From positions 8,907 to 72,906 of the forward strand of contig CACGIE010000004.1 in NCBI GenBank assembly GCA_902573015.1: a stretch of DNA of 64,000 nucleotides. The letters are read 5' to 3'. Positions 8,447-18,079 of this stretch are shown one piece after another (within the stretch, counting starts at the first letter, position 1; the number at the start of each line of letters is the position of its first letter). The notes under the pieces were generated by a model. That model had not been told where the DNA came from, searched no databases, and worked only from the letters and a program-made list of their open reading frames with translations. The position numbers and the translations under genes were made by a program. The DNA comes from an uncultured Candidatus Poseidoniales archaeon (GTDB lineage: Archaea > Thermoplasmatota > Poseidoniia > Poseidoniales > Thalassarchaeaceae).

Positions 8447-10540
8447 ATGGTTGCTGAAACAGGTATCTACATCACCTGGGTGTCAGGTGCTATTCTAATC
8501 AGCATAGCAATGATGCCTCTGTTCAAGCCCCAATTCGCTAGGATCAGTCTGGATGGATTCATCGATATGTTCAGACGATATTGGGCCCACATGATAGTTG
8601 TCTTCTCGGTCTATCTTTGGAAGGATCTCCTTGACGGTCTAGACAGGATATTGATGGCCAACACACAACTGGATATGACTTTCCTAGTTTTTGCGATAGA
8701 AGGTGAGGCTTCCCTGTGGGTACAAGAGGGACTCAGGAACGATTTCTTGGACGTGTTCATGACTCACTTCTACGTCATGGGCTTCATGACGGCAACCTTC
8801 TCATCCTTCATTTATCCAATTTATTTTGATGATAGGCACATGGCCGACAGAGTTTCTCTTTCCATGTTCTGGGTGTATATCCTTGCAATACCATTCTACC
8901 TGTTCCTGAATGTCAAAGTCACAGGAAATTACATCGAAGGCATGGAGACTATAGCATATGACTTGACACCCGAAATTCACAACTGGTTCAATAGAATTGA
9001 TCCATTCACAAATGGGATGCCCAGCCTCCACATCGGGCTTCCGTTTGCGATTTGGCTAACGATGCATAGATGGGATGAGGACGGAAGGTGGAACAAGTTC
9101 CGTTCCTTTCTCATCATTTTCATTGCCCTGACCTCGGTAGCGATAATATACCTCGGAATACACTGGTTCGTAGACATAATCGGAGGAATGGTGGTTGCCA
9201 TTCTCGCTGTAAACATCACTTCAAGAACACATGAGCCAATATGGAGAATGGCTGATGAGAGACTTTTCACTAGGAGACTAGCCCGTACACTGGATAACCC
9301 GAGAGGTTCGATAAGGAGCACGCTAAACTCACTCACAAAAGCTCTCGATCCAATTAAAGAACCAGGCAAGAACCAGACAGGCACACTCATTTTGGCACTA
9401 ATCCTCCTAACAGGATCAGTTCTATTGTGGGACGTCACCCATCAGAAGATATCCATCGATGAAGCTGAATCCCCTACATCGGCCTCTGGTTCGGGAGAGT
9501 GGTTGATTTGGATTGAGGACTCTGACCAAGAGATTTCGATTACGGCCACCAACGTCATATCAAAAACAAATAGAACATTGGGAGGAATGACGTGGGGAAG
9601 TACCCCTAAAGTCGTCTCTTCGGGGAACAGTTTCGTAGTTTATGATGAATTCAGAGTCGACTACTTTAGTCATGACTCGGGGATTGGGGCACTCGAACCA
9701 ATTTTCAGTGAGCCTTCCACAGAATCCCTGATCGATATTTCTATTTCGTCAGTTTCCAGTGATACTGTATACATAGCAATGCTATCCAACGAGAGTCTCA
9801 GAATATTGGACACCAGTGATCAATCTACTAGAATTATACAGTCTGCATCGAACTCCTCGGTAATCGCCTCTTCAGGTTCACTAGTGGCATTTTCTGAGAG
9901 CTCCCCCTCTGGTCCTACTGTAAACATAACTTCGGCAGACTCTGATCTGACTATAACGATCCTATTGGACCCCAGTTCCTCAGAAAGAATTGAAGAGTCA
10001 ATCAGGAACTCTGGCGCGTTGCTAGATTTCGAGAACTCCACCATCGTCGAACTGGTAATGGACTCTAATTGGCTCGTAGCGACTGTAGATGTCGGCCCCT
10101 TCAATAGGACAATCATAGTTGACACGTTATCGATAAATCAGACCTTGATTTCTAATCCTAGGTGGGACTCCTCCTCTCCTAGTATAGGGGAGGGGAAGGT
10201 AGCATTCCTCCAAGTAACAAGAGATGACATCATCTCTACATCTCAAGACTCACTTAGGAACAATGATGTTTACGTCTACTACATCGAATCTTCAGAGACT
10301 AGACAGCACACCTTCGACGATGATGTCGATCAGTTTCAACCTCAGATATTGCTGGACCGACTAGCTTGGATAGAAGTAAATGATCAAGGAGAGAAGCAGT
10401 TGCTAGTATACTCATTCATCGATACAATAGAGCCTCGCAACTCCCTTCTCCTTCAAGCCTCGATACTCGCTATGATTCCGCTAATTTTCCTATGGACTCT
10501 CCAGTCATATGGGGCCAAGATCGTCACTCAGCGAGTCTGA
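8447..10540 (+). CDS. PAP2 / IPC-sphingomyelin-synthase-like membrane phosphotransferase domain fused to a large extracytoplasmic Ser-rich domain
   Basis: The N-terminal ~270 aa are polytopic and carry PSLHIGLPFAIW and HWFVDIIGG (PAP2_C-like H..D motif). They are followed by ~400 aa of non-membrane sequence and a terminal TM helix. Confidence 0.65.
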   Translation: MVAETGIYITWVSGAILISIAMMPLFKPQFARISLDGFIDMFRRYWAHMIVVFSVYLWKDLLDGLDRILMANTQLDMTFLVFAIEGEASLWVQEGLRNDFLDVFMTHFYVMGFMTATFSSFIYPIYFDDRHMADRVSLSMFWVYILAIPFYLFLNVKVTGNYIEGMETIAYDLTPEIHNWFNRIDPFTNGMPSLHIGLPFAIWLTMHRWDEDGRWNKFRSFLIIFIALTSVAIIYLGIHWFVDIIGGMVVAILAVNITSRTHEPIWRMADERLFTRRLARTLDNPRGSIRSTLNSLTKALDPIKEPGKNQTGTLILALILLTGSVLLWDVTHQKISIDEAESPTSASGSGEWLIWIEDSDQEISITATNVISKTNRTLGGMTWGSTPKVVSSGNSFVVYDEFRVDYFSHDSGIGALEPIFSEPSTESLIDISISSVSSDTVYIAMLSNESLRILDTSDQSTRIIQSASNSSVIASSGSLVAFSESSPSGPTVNITSADSDLTITILLDPSSSERIEESIRNSGALLDFENSTIVELVMDSNWLVATVDVGPFNRTIIVDTLSINQTLISNPRWDSSSPSIGEGKVAFLQVTRDDIISTSQDSLRNNDVYVYYIESSETRQHTFDDDVDQFQPQILLDRLAWIEVNDQGEKQLLVYSFIDTIEPRNSLLLQASILAMIPLIFLWTLQSYGAKIVTQRV

Positions 10541-11618
10541 ACATCTCATCTAGGCTTCTAGAGGCTCTTCTTATCGTATCCTCTGGGATATCCACAATCT
10601 GTTCGGGGGTAGGGTCCATCAGTGCCTGTAGTATGTCCTCCAACTGGGTCTTCTTCATGTGCCGGCACATTACGCAGGCACCCATCAGATTCAGGTTGTC
10701 TTCCGTCTCAGCGAGAACCCTGTCTGCCGTGCCGCATTCAGTGATTAGCATCATGTCCTTCTTTCCTACGCTCGCAAGTCGGATAGCCTCGTTCATCAAC
10801 AGCTCGCTACTACCTACAAAGTCACTTTCGTCTAGCACTTCTGAGTCACACTCGGGATGACTCAGAACCATCAGATCGATTCCGTTTTCAGCCATGCTCC
10901 TCTTCCAGTTTCTTATCTTGGAGCCAGTAAACTCTGCATGAACCTCGCATTCTCCTTCGTACAGAATAACTTCCTTACGACCTTGGAGTGACTGCTGAAG
11001 ATGCCTTCCCATGTACTTGTCTGGTACGAAAATCAACTTGTCTCCGGGCAGTCTTTCGCAGATTCTAAGATAATTGCTACTGGTAACACACACGTCACAC
11101 TCGGCCTTAACAGCAGCACTGGTGTTAATGTAGCAAACTACTGGGACTCCAGGATTCTCTTCTTTCAATCTGATTACGTCTCCAGCCCCAATGCTGTCAC
11201 TCAGTGAGCAGCCTGCATCTGGAGATGGGTGTAATACAGTCTTCTCGGGACTAACTATCTTTGCAGTCTCTGCCATGAATCTGACGCTTGAGAAAAGGAT
11301 GGTCTGCTGCGGAGCATCTCTAGCTTCCTTTGAAAGGGCGTAACTATCAGCCACTGAGTCTGCAACCCCGTATGTGATGTCCGGGGTCTGGTAAGAGTGG
11401 GCAATTAGGAAAACATCCTTCTCGTTCTTTAATCGATTTATCTCTAGAGTCAGAGGAGCCAGTGACTTACAGATCTCGATACTCCATCTCATCGGCTGCT
11501 TGATTGCATATTGAAGCCTTATTGCCTCTTTCTCTATCTCTGAGTCAGAGTACCCAAAAGTTCCCAAGAAAACTCTCGGAACCGGGGCCGCTGGCATGTC
11601 CAGAACCATATTGACCAA
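10524..11618 (-). CDS. nadA: Quinolinate synthase
   Basis: NadA-type strings HSYQTPDI...ADSVADSYALSKEA, ILFSSVRFMAETAKI, DAGCSLSDS and CYINTSAAVKAECDVCVTSSN. Confidence 0.9.
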   Translation of the reverse strand: MVNMVLDMPAAPVPRVFLGTFGYSDSEIEKEAIRLQYAIKQPMRWSIEICKSLAPLTLEINRLKNEKDVFLIAHSYQTPDITYGVADSVADSYALSKEARDAPQQTILFSSVRFMAETAKIVSPEKTVLHPSPDAGCSLSDSIGAGDVIRLKEENPGVPVVCYINTSAAVKAECDVCVTSSNYLRICERLPGDKLIFVPDKYMGRHLQQSLQGRKEVILYEGECEVHAEFTGSKIRNWKRSMAENGIDLMVLSHPECDSEVLDESDFVGSSELLMNEAIRLASVGKKDMMLITECGTADRVLAETEDNLNLMGACVMCRHMKKTQLEDILQALMDPTPEQIVDIPEDTIRRASRSLDEMFRLAE

Positions 11619-11667
11619 TCAACCGTCAGAGTGCAACCGCTTTCAACTCATCTGGTGTCCGGTTTGC

Positions 11668-12330
11668 ATGGAGTGTCCGTCGATTCACATTTGGAAGCCC
11701 GAAATTGTACTTCATGAGGGAGCCGAGGCAATCGTAACGGCCGGTTCCTGGCTTGGCAGGAGGGCCGTTCTAAAGCACCGCAGAGCTAGAAGATACCGAC
11801 ATCCCGACCTAGATAGAAGGCTGACACGACAGAGGATGGCGGTAGAGGCCAGAGTCCTATCTAGACTAGCCGCTGCGGGTTTTCCCTCGCCGAGTCTAAT
11901 GCTAATGGAACCAGACCAATCGACAATGTTACTGTCCAGGATAGAGGGAAAGACCCTATACGAAGTTCTCAAATCAGAAGCTTCTTCTGGAGATATACTA
12001 CATTCTCTGGGGGTTTTGATTAGAAGATTGCATGAGATGGGAATCTCACACGGAGATCTAACCACTCACAATGTAATGGTCTCAGAAGATGATCTGTATT
12101 TAATCGACTTCGGGCTTTCCAGACAATCTCCCGAATTGGAGCATTTCGGACTCGATCTACAGGTCCTTAGGGAGTGCTTGGGCTCAAGTCACACTAACAT
12201 ACCCGATGCAATCGAAAGGGTATGCGAAGGTTACATGGATTACGAGGGCCAAAATAGCGATTCAGAGAGTGCCATCAATGTCATCGAGAGATTTCACAAG
12301 ATCGGGGGAAGGGTCAGATATCACGGATAG
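11668..12330 (+). CDS. bud32: Bud32/PRPK-type Kae1-associated serine/threonine kinase (KEOPS)
   Basis: GAEAIV...RRAVLKHRRARRYRHPDLDRRLTRQRMAVEARVL, catalytic HGDLTTHNVMV and LIDFGLS. The track ORF starts at 11596 and would overlap the nadA start, so I prefer the ATG at 11668. Confidence 0.8.
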   Translation: MECPSIHIWKPEIVLHEGAEAIVTAGSWLGRRAVLKHRRARRYRHPDLDRRLTRQRMAVEARVLSRLAAAGFPSPSLMLMEPDQSTMLLSRIEGKTLYEVLKSEASSGDILHSLGVLIRRLHEMGISHGDLTTHNVMVSEDDLYLIDFGLSRQSPELEHFGLDLQVLRECLGSSHTNIPDAIERVCEGYMDYEGQNSDSESAINVIERFHKIGGRVRYHG

Positions 12331-12339
12331 GTTGGAAAA

Positions 12340-12933
12340 ATGAGAGTTCTCTTTGTCACAGGTAACCAAAATAAGATAATCGAAGCATCCGGTATACTCT
12401 CTCCCCTGGGTTTCGCTGTTGAGCAGTTATTGATTGGCGGACAGGTCCCAGATTTAATCGAGCCACAGGCAGAAGGAATTGAGGAGATTGCCAAATCTAA
12501 GCTTGAACAAGCCGTTTCCCTGACAATGGGTACAGAATTTGAGAATGAGGTATTACTGGTCGAGGATTCCGGCCTCTTCATCGATTCTCTTTCGGGCTTC
12601 CCGGGACCCTATTCCTCATTCGTCCAGGAGACAATTGGATTGTCCGGAGTACTAACTCTGATGGCAGGGGAGGCAGACCGGGGTGCCGAATTCAGAGCCG
12701 TTGCAGCAGTCTCCTTCCAAGGAAATATACTGACCTCCACAGGGATATGCAGAGGGGTTATTTCAGAAAATATATCTGGCGATTCTGGCTTCGGCTATGA
12801 CCCCATATTCATCCCGGAAGAAGCGAATGGGAGGACATGCGCCCAACTCTCTTCTAATGAGAAATCGTCCATCTCGCATCGTGGATTCGCTCTAAAGGGA
12901 GTTTCTGAACTCCTGAATCTCCCGTCAAAGTGA
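12340..12933 (+). CDS. rdgB: Non-canonical purine NTP pyrophosphatase (Ham1/RdgB ITPase)
   Basis: VLFVTGNQNKIIEA, VEDSGLFIDSLSGFPGPYSS, GFGYDPIFIP and SISHRGFAL. Confidence 0.9.
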   Translation: MRVLFVTGNQNKIIEASGILSPLGFAVEQLLIGGQVPDLIEPQAEGIEEIAKSKLEQAVSLTMGTEFENEVLLVEDSGLFIDSLSGFPGPYSSFVQETIGLSGVLTLMAGEADRGAEFRAVAAVSFQGNILTSTGICRGVISENISGDSGFGYDPIFIPEEANGRTCAQLSSNEKSSISHRGFALKGVSELLNLPSK

Positions 12934-12961
12934 ATAGAAGCACTCCTCCTTGGACGGGGTA

Positions 12962-13858
12962 ATGGTCACCGCCACCAGACTCCTGCTGTTCGTAATGGCC
13001 GCGGTGTCAATCCCAATTTACCTTGTTTTCATCGTCCCCGAGGGACTTCTAATGCAGGCCGCAGGTGCGGTTCTGATACTCCTCCTAGTCTCAATGATTC
13101 TTTTCACAGGCAGGCGTCCAGCACCTTCCGTTGTCAAAAAGAGTCCAGTCGTCATCGAGGAGGGCTCTACTTTCGGAGACATCGAACTCCCTGCACCGGT
13201 TCTTTCTGAAGAGAAAACCGGTGAAATTAGGGATTCAAAGATCAGAAGGAGCAGAGGCAGGCAGAAGGGTACAGAAATCACAGACCTGCCAATGCCTCAA
13301 TCCATGCCTGAACAGTCTCCCTCCATTTCCATGGATGCTATTGATTCCCCCGACTTCAAAGTGGAAGAGGCAGAGGGAACCGCTAAGGTCCACATCGCAA
13401 AAGCAGACCCTGAACTTCAGGCAGAAGCTGAGGTCGATCGGTACCTAGACCAACAGAGGCAGAGGAGGGAGATATTCAGAGAGAGGCTACACAAGGAAAG
13501 GCGCTTGGAGATGTCCAAGAGGATGGCCGAAGAAGCTGGAAAGTGGACTGAAGCAGAGGATGGTGAAGACCTCTCAACTCTTACTAGTATCCCAGGACAC
13601 GGTTTGGCTGTGATGTATGAGCCAGAAGAGCCCGACGCCTCGATACCTCAGGGAATCTCATACGTCAGAATAGATGACGGGCGGGTTCTAAAGATCCGCG
13701 TCTCATTGGATGCCCCCGGAGGAATGCACGCTGGTACTGATGAATCCCAAGACGAGGAATTAGAGGCCGACATGCCCCCTCCTCCATCTCCTCAGGGGAT
13801 ACCTATGCCGCCACCCCCTATCCCCGATCTCCCACCTCCGGTAGGGGCAGATGACTAG
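12962..13858 (+). CDS. Hypothetical membrane protein with a charged coiled region and a proline-rich C-terminus
   Basis: Two N-terminal TM helices, a Lys/Glu/Arg-rich middle and the tail DMPPPPSPQGIPMPPPPIPDLPPPVG. No family recognised. Confidence 0.5.
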   Translation: MVTATRLLLFVMAAVSIPIYLVFIVPEGLLMQAAGAVLILLLVSMILFTGRRPAPSVVKKSPVVIEEGSTFGDIELPAPVLSEEKTGEIRDSKIRRSRGRQKGTEITDLPMPQSMPEQSPSISMDAIDSPDFKVEEAEGTAKVHIAKADPELQAEAEVDRYLDQQRQRREIFRERLHKERRLEMSKRMAEEAGKWTEAEDGEDLSTLTSIPGHGLAVMYEPEEPDASIPQGISYVRIDDGRVLKIRVSLDAPGGMHAGTDESQDEELEADMPPPPSPQGIPMPPPPIPDLPPPVGADD

Positions 13859-13899
13859 TCAAGTGATACGTTGAAGCGATACCACCAGTTCGCAGTTGT

Positions 13900-14737
13900 A
13901 TGGCTCAAGATGTAATGATGGTAGAGGACGTTGAGGTCGACGGTTCCAATCCCAAGGGAGGAATCATTTCAGTCTGGACACTGAACAGACCAGACAAACT
14001 GAACGCCCTGAATACAGAATCACACAAGGCAATCAAGAAGGAGTGTGCTAGGGTAAACTCAGATGATAATGTCCGATGCGTAGTGATCAAAGGAGCCCCC
14101 CCTTTGGAACCAAGGGAGGGAAAGAGGCCCAAGCCACACGCATTCGCGGCCGGCGCAGATATCTCTGAGTTTGTTGGCAAGGACTCTGATGATGTACGGC
14201 CATTCTTCGAGGATAATGCATGGGAGGCAGTTTGGAACGTCTCCAAGCCAACAATAGCAATGGTAGACGGATTCGCACTCGGGGGGGGGGACGGAACTGG
14301 CGTTATCATGCGATATCAGACTCGCTTCAGAGAGATCAACATTCGGTCAGCCCGAGATCAACCTTGGACTCATTCCGGGAGGAGGGGGGACTCAGAGGCT
14401 GTGCAGACTAGTAGGATACGGGAGGGCTATGGAGATCGTTCTCTCAGGCGGCATGGTGGGCGCAGAGGACGCGCTAAGTATGGGAATAGTCAACAGGATT
14501 GTACCTAGCGATAATCTAGAAGCGGAGACCATGAAGCTAGCTACGGAGATTTCCAACAAGTCACCACATGTCACGAAGGTAGCAAAGCGAGCAGTAAGGG
14601 GTGCCTTGGAACTACCATTCTCCGAAGGGGTCTTGATGGAGCGCTCTGAGTTCGTCGCCCTTTTCGATACTGAGGATAAGGAGATTGGGGTCACGGCATT
14701 CCTGGAGAGATCCGATGCAGAGTGGGTAGGAAAATAA
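13900..14737 (+). pseudogene. Enoyl-CoA hydratase (crotonase), reading frame broken by one extra G in a G10 run at 14281-14290
   Basis: ORF 13900-14508 reads ...GADISEF...KPTIAMVDGFALGGG and then turns to nonsense. Removing one G gives GGG-TELALSCDIRLASERSTFGQPEINLGLIPGGGGTQRLCRLVGYGRAMEIVLSGG..., which runs into ORF 14429-14737. That is a complete, canonical crotonase. Confidence 0.85.
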
Positions 14738-14741
14738 CCCC

Positions 14742-15323
14742 TCAACACAAGCTGCTCGAGATCAACCTGATTGAATCGGACTCCTTGGTGGGGTCAATAA
14801 CCAGCCAACTAAACTCTGATCCGGATAGAACTAGCTCCTCCTGAATCTCCCTAATCCTATCCAGATTACCGAGATAGTGGTCCACTTTCTTACCGTTGTG
14901 CTTTTCTCTGTTAGCTATCATTCCTCGATGCCTCTCCTCGTTGGAGACATAGAGAACAACTCCGATAGCCACTCCGCCAGCCTCTCTCCAGAGGTCAATA
15001 ACCTCCTTGTTTGGGACATAATGAACCCCTTCCAGAAGTAAGTCAGTTCCCTTTGAGATGGCTCTCTCTATTACCGCCAAAACTCCTCCTGAGAGGGCCT
15101 GAACCGTTTCTTTCCAATCTTCCGTAGCCGAACCCCCAGCCGACTCGAATGAGGAACGGTGCAGGGCAGGGCTTGCAGTGGATGATATCTGGGTCCTCAG
15201 AACCTCTCGAATTGTGTCCGTGGACGCTATTTTTGCAAAGCCAAGAGAAGATGCCAGACTTGTGGACATAGTGGACTTTCCGACCCCACTGGTCCCACTG
15301 ATAATCAATAGTCTTGGGACCAA
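14742..15323 (-). CDS. P-loop kinase of the 2-phosphoglycerate-kinase-like family
   Basis: ISGTSGVGKSTMSTSLASSLGF..IASTDTIREVLR resembles the N-terminal signature of the archaeal 2PGK family. At 193 aa it is shorter than full-length 2PGK. Confidence 0.5.
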   Translation of the reverse strand: MVPRLLIISGTSGVGKSTMSTSLASSLGFAKIASTDTIREVLRTQISSTASPALHRSSFESAGGSATEDWKETVQALSGGVLAVIERAISKGTDLLLEGVHYVPNKEVIDLWREAGGVAIGVVLYVSNEERHRGMIANREKHNGKKVDHYLGNLDRIREIQEELVLSGSEFSWLVIDPTKESDSIRLISSSLC

Positions 15324-15331
15324 TCAATCAC

Positions 15332-16750
15332 CTAGCGCTGAATTGATTTGATCTCGAGGAACTCCTCCATTCCGTGGACCCCTAACTCTCTCCCCAATCC
15401 CGATTGCTTGTAACCTCCGAAAGGAGCAGTAACGTTGAACGCGCCACCATTAATGCTAACCTGACCAGTCCTCAACATCTTGGCTACTCTCATGGCTCTC
15501 TCCTCATCACCTGACCAGACCCCTCCAGATAGCCCATATTCAGAGTCGTTTGCTAACTCTACTGCCTCCTCCTCTGAGGAGTATGAGGTGATGCATAGAA
15601 CAGGACCGAAAATCTCCTCTCTGAATATGGTCATGTCCGGGGTAACGTCCGCGAAGACAGTCGGCTTTACGAAAAATCCAGACCCAAGCCCATCTGGCAT
15701 CCCCTCGCCTCCTGCAACTAGAGTGGCTCCTTGTTCGATTCCGCTAGAGATGTACGAAGAAACACTCTCCTGCTGCCTCTTGGAGACCAGTGGGCCACAT
15801 CTGCTGGACTCATCCATAGGGTCTCCAACAGTGTACCTCCCGATCTTGCTTGAGATAACCTCAACAACCTCGTCTCTAGAATCCTCTGGCACCAGAAGCC
15901 GGGTAAGGGCCGAGCACTCCTGACCAGAGTTGCCGAAGCATGAGTAAATCGCCGAAGTTGCCGCTCGTTGGATGTCTGCGTCATCCAGAATAATGTTCGC
16001 ACTCTTTCCCCCCAGTTCCAGTGTCACTCTCTTTACGCTTGGTGCCGCTAGTTCCGAGACCCTAATCCCAGCACTTGTAGATCCCGTGAAGCTGACCATA
16101 TCCACCATTGGATGGCTACACAAGGTCTCTCCGATATCTCTCCCGTGACCTGAAATCAAATTGAAAACCCCATTGGGGAGGCCTACTTCATCCAGGATAT
16201 CTGCTAGAAGGAATGCATTCAGGGGCGCCTCCTTGGATGGCTTCAGTACCATCGTGCAACCCGCTGCGATAGCTGGCGCCACCTTTCCGATTATCTGGTG
16301 CAGGGGGAAGTTCCACGGGGTGATCATAGCTACCACCCCTATCGGCTCCTTGATTACGAGAGAGTTCCTTACCTCTTCCTCCCAGACGTATCCGTCCAAG
16401 ATCTTCGCATAAGACCTAGAAACAACCCTCGGAGTCCCTACCATCGCCATCCTGGAGTACTCTATAGGAGTCCCTACCTCTGCAGTAATTATCTCGGCTA
16501 GATCCTCGCTTCTATCCTTGATTAAGCCCGAAATCCTGTTTAGGAATTCTACCCTCTCGCTAACCTCGGTTGTCGACCAATCCGTGAATGCTGACCTAGC
16601 AGCCTCCACAGCAGCATTAGCATCTGAATCGCTGGAGACTGGTACGGAACCAATCACCTCCTCATTAGTCGGATTGATTACCTCGATAGAACCCTCTCCA
16701 CTGGGTTCTATCCAGTTTCCATTGATGTACAGGTGCTGGCGTTCGTGCAT
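15332..16750 (-). CDS. NAD(P)-dependent aldehyde dehydrogenase
   Basis: FTGSTSAGIRV, catalytic-Glu region LELGGKSANIILDDAD and catalytic-Cys region GQECSALTRLLV. I prefer the start at MHERQHLYINGNW; the track ORF extends to 16789. Confidence 0.9.
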   Translation of the reverse strand: MHERQHLYINGNWIEPSGEGSIEVINPTNEEVIGSVPVSSDSDANAAVEAARSAFTDWSTTEVSERVEFLNRISGLIKDRSEDLAEIITAEVGTPIEYSRMAMVGTPRVVSRSYAKILDGYVWEEEVRNSLVIKEPIGVVAMITPWNFPLHQIIGKVAPAIAAGCTMVLKPSKEAPLNAFLLADILDEVGLPNGVFNLISGHGRDIGETLCSHPMVDMVSFTGSTSAGIRVSELAAPSVKRVTLELGGKSANIILDDADIQRAATSAIYSCFGNSGQECSALTRLLVPEDSRDEVVEVISSKIGRYTVGDPMDESSRCGPLVSKRQQESVSSYISSGIEQGATLVAGGEGMPDGLGSGFFVKPTVFADVTPDMTIFREEIFGPVLCITSYSSEEEAVELANDSEYGLSGGVWSGDEERAMRVAKMLRTGQVSINGGAFNVTAPFGGYKQSGLGRELGVHGMEEFLEIKSIQR

Positions 16751-16818
16751 GGTTGACCCAAACTGCAATATCTTATGATATTCATGCAATTCAATAGAGT
16801 GGCCCTTGCTCGAGTGCC

Positions 16819-17616
16819 ATGCCCGTTTCTACCGACATGCTTGACGGAGGGGTAGCCGTGGTCACTTTGTCTCCAGCTGCCTCCTCGAACACCTTCTCCC
16901 CCGATCACTTCGACCCATTCCTCTCATGCTTACAAGAGGTGATGGCAAAACCCTCTTGTAGGTCAGTAGTAATCACTGGTTCTGGACGCTTCTTCTCCTC
17001 TGGGGGGAACATGGACGACTTTTCTGATGCAATAGACAATGGCAATATTGGTAGTACAGTTCAGGAGATGACCGATAAGCTACATCCACTTCTCTTGAAG
17101 ATGAGGACTTCGGAGAAGGTTTTCGTATGCGCCATCAATGGATCAGCAGCCGGAGGAGGGCTGGGTTTGGCACTAGCATCTGACTACAGAGTCTGCTCTC
17201 CAGAGGCGAAGCTCGCCTCCGCGTTTTTCCGACTCGGGCTCTCACCCGACGGGGGGACGACATGGTTGCTCCCAAGACTTGTCGGGAACCAAGTGGCTCG
17301 CAAGTTCTTCTTCAACTCAGAAGTTTGGTCAGCCCAGCAGGCCCTCGATTATGGAGCAGTCGATGAGTTGGCCGATCCTGGTGTCCTTTTAGATAGGGCC
17401 ATTGAGGTCGCCAGAGATTGGGGCAAGTGGTCGGTCAGCAGCAGGAAGGGGACAAAGCAGCTGCTAGATGCATCCACTTCTACATTCTTCGAGACTCAGT
17501 TGCATTTCGAGCAGTCGCTAATGGTTGCATCATCGCAGACGGAGGACTTCGTCGAGGGAGTCACGTCATTCAAGCGCAAGAGGGAACCGTCTTTTGGAAG
17601 GTTCGAGGAGGAGTAG
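16819..17616 (+). CDS. Enoyl-CoA hydratase/isomerase family protein
   Basis: Crotonase fold strings VVITGSGRFFSSGGNMDDF, VCAINGSAAGGGLGLALASDYRV and RLGLSPDGGTTWLLPRLVG. Confidence 0.85.
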   Translation: MPVSTDMLDGGVAVVTLSPAASSNTFSPDHFDPFLSCLQEVMAKPSCRSVVITGSGRFFSSGGNMDDFSDAIDNGNIGSTVQEMTDKLHPLLLKMRTSEKVFVCAINGSAAGGGLGLALASDYRVCSPEAKLASAFFRLGLSPDGGTTWLLPRLVGNQVARKFFFNSEVWSAQQALDYGAVDELADPGVLLDRAIEVARDWGKWSVSSRKGTKQLLDASTSTFFETQLHFEQSLMVASSQTEDFVEGVTSFKRKREPSFGRFEEE

Positions 17617-17617
17617 G

Positions 17618-18079
17618 ATGGTCAGAAGGCTGATTGTCATGCGTCATGCTAAGAGCAGCTGGAAAGACCCGAACCTCGATGATCACGAACGACCACTGAA
17701 CAAGAGGGGCAGGGGGGATGCACCCATGGTGGCAGATGCAATTTTCGACAGAGGTTGGATTCCAGACCTTATCCTTGTTAGCAGTTCGAAGAGGACCCTC
17801 CAGACTCTGGAGGGGATGTCTCACAGGATGGGAAAGGCTCCATTCGAGGTTAGATCGGGAATCTACCATGCAACAGTAATAGATCTAATGGAAGAATTGG
17901 AAGGTATGTTGGATAACGGGACTACCATGATAATTGGGCACAATCCTGGCTCGGAGATTCTTGTGAATCATCTCTCAGGGGAATGGCATACAATGCCCAC
18001 AGCAACCGCAGTATTATTGCTCCACTCGGGCTCATCATGGTCGGTTGAGGCCGTCATTCGTCCAAAGGAGATTGCGTAG
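17618..18079 (+). CDS. sixA: Histidine phosphatase family protein (SixA-like phosphohistidine phosphatase)
   Basis: MVRRLIVMRHAKSSW (RHG-type motif) and IIGHNPG. The ATG at 17618 follows the upstream stop directly. The longer track ORF from 17525 overlaps the upstream gene. Confidence 0.8.
   Translation: MVRRLIVMRHAKSSWKDPNLDDHERPLNKRGRGDAPMVADAIFDRGWIPDLILVSSSKRTLQTLEGMSHRMGKAPFEVRSGIYHATVIDLMEELEGMLDNGTTMIIGHNPGSEILVNHLSGEWHTMPTATAVLLLHSGSSWSVEAVIRPKEIA

Noticed and set aside
11596-11667. N-terminal extensions in several track ORFs: Bud32 from 11596, SixA from 17525, BoxB-like to 35472, sucC from 21980, CysJ-like from 48118 and the PPAT fusion from 43972
   Set aside because: Each extension overlaps a neighbouring gene or RNA, or lacks similarity to the family N-terminus. 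An internal start immediately precedes the conserved domain in every case.
14291-14508. The alternative C-terminal tail of ORF 13900-14508 (DGTGVIMRYQTRFREINIRSARDQPWTHSGRRGDSEAV...) as a genuine variant protein
   Set aside because: The tail is Arg/Gly-rich nonsense, while the +1 frame over the same nucleotides encodes a perfect crotonase active-site region. A frameshift is the better explanation.
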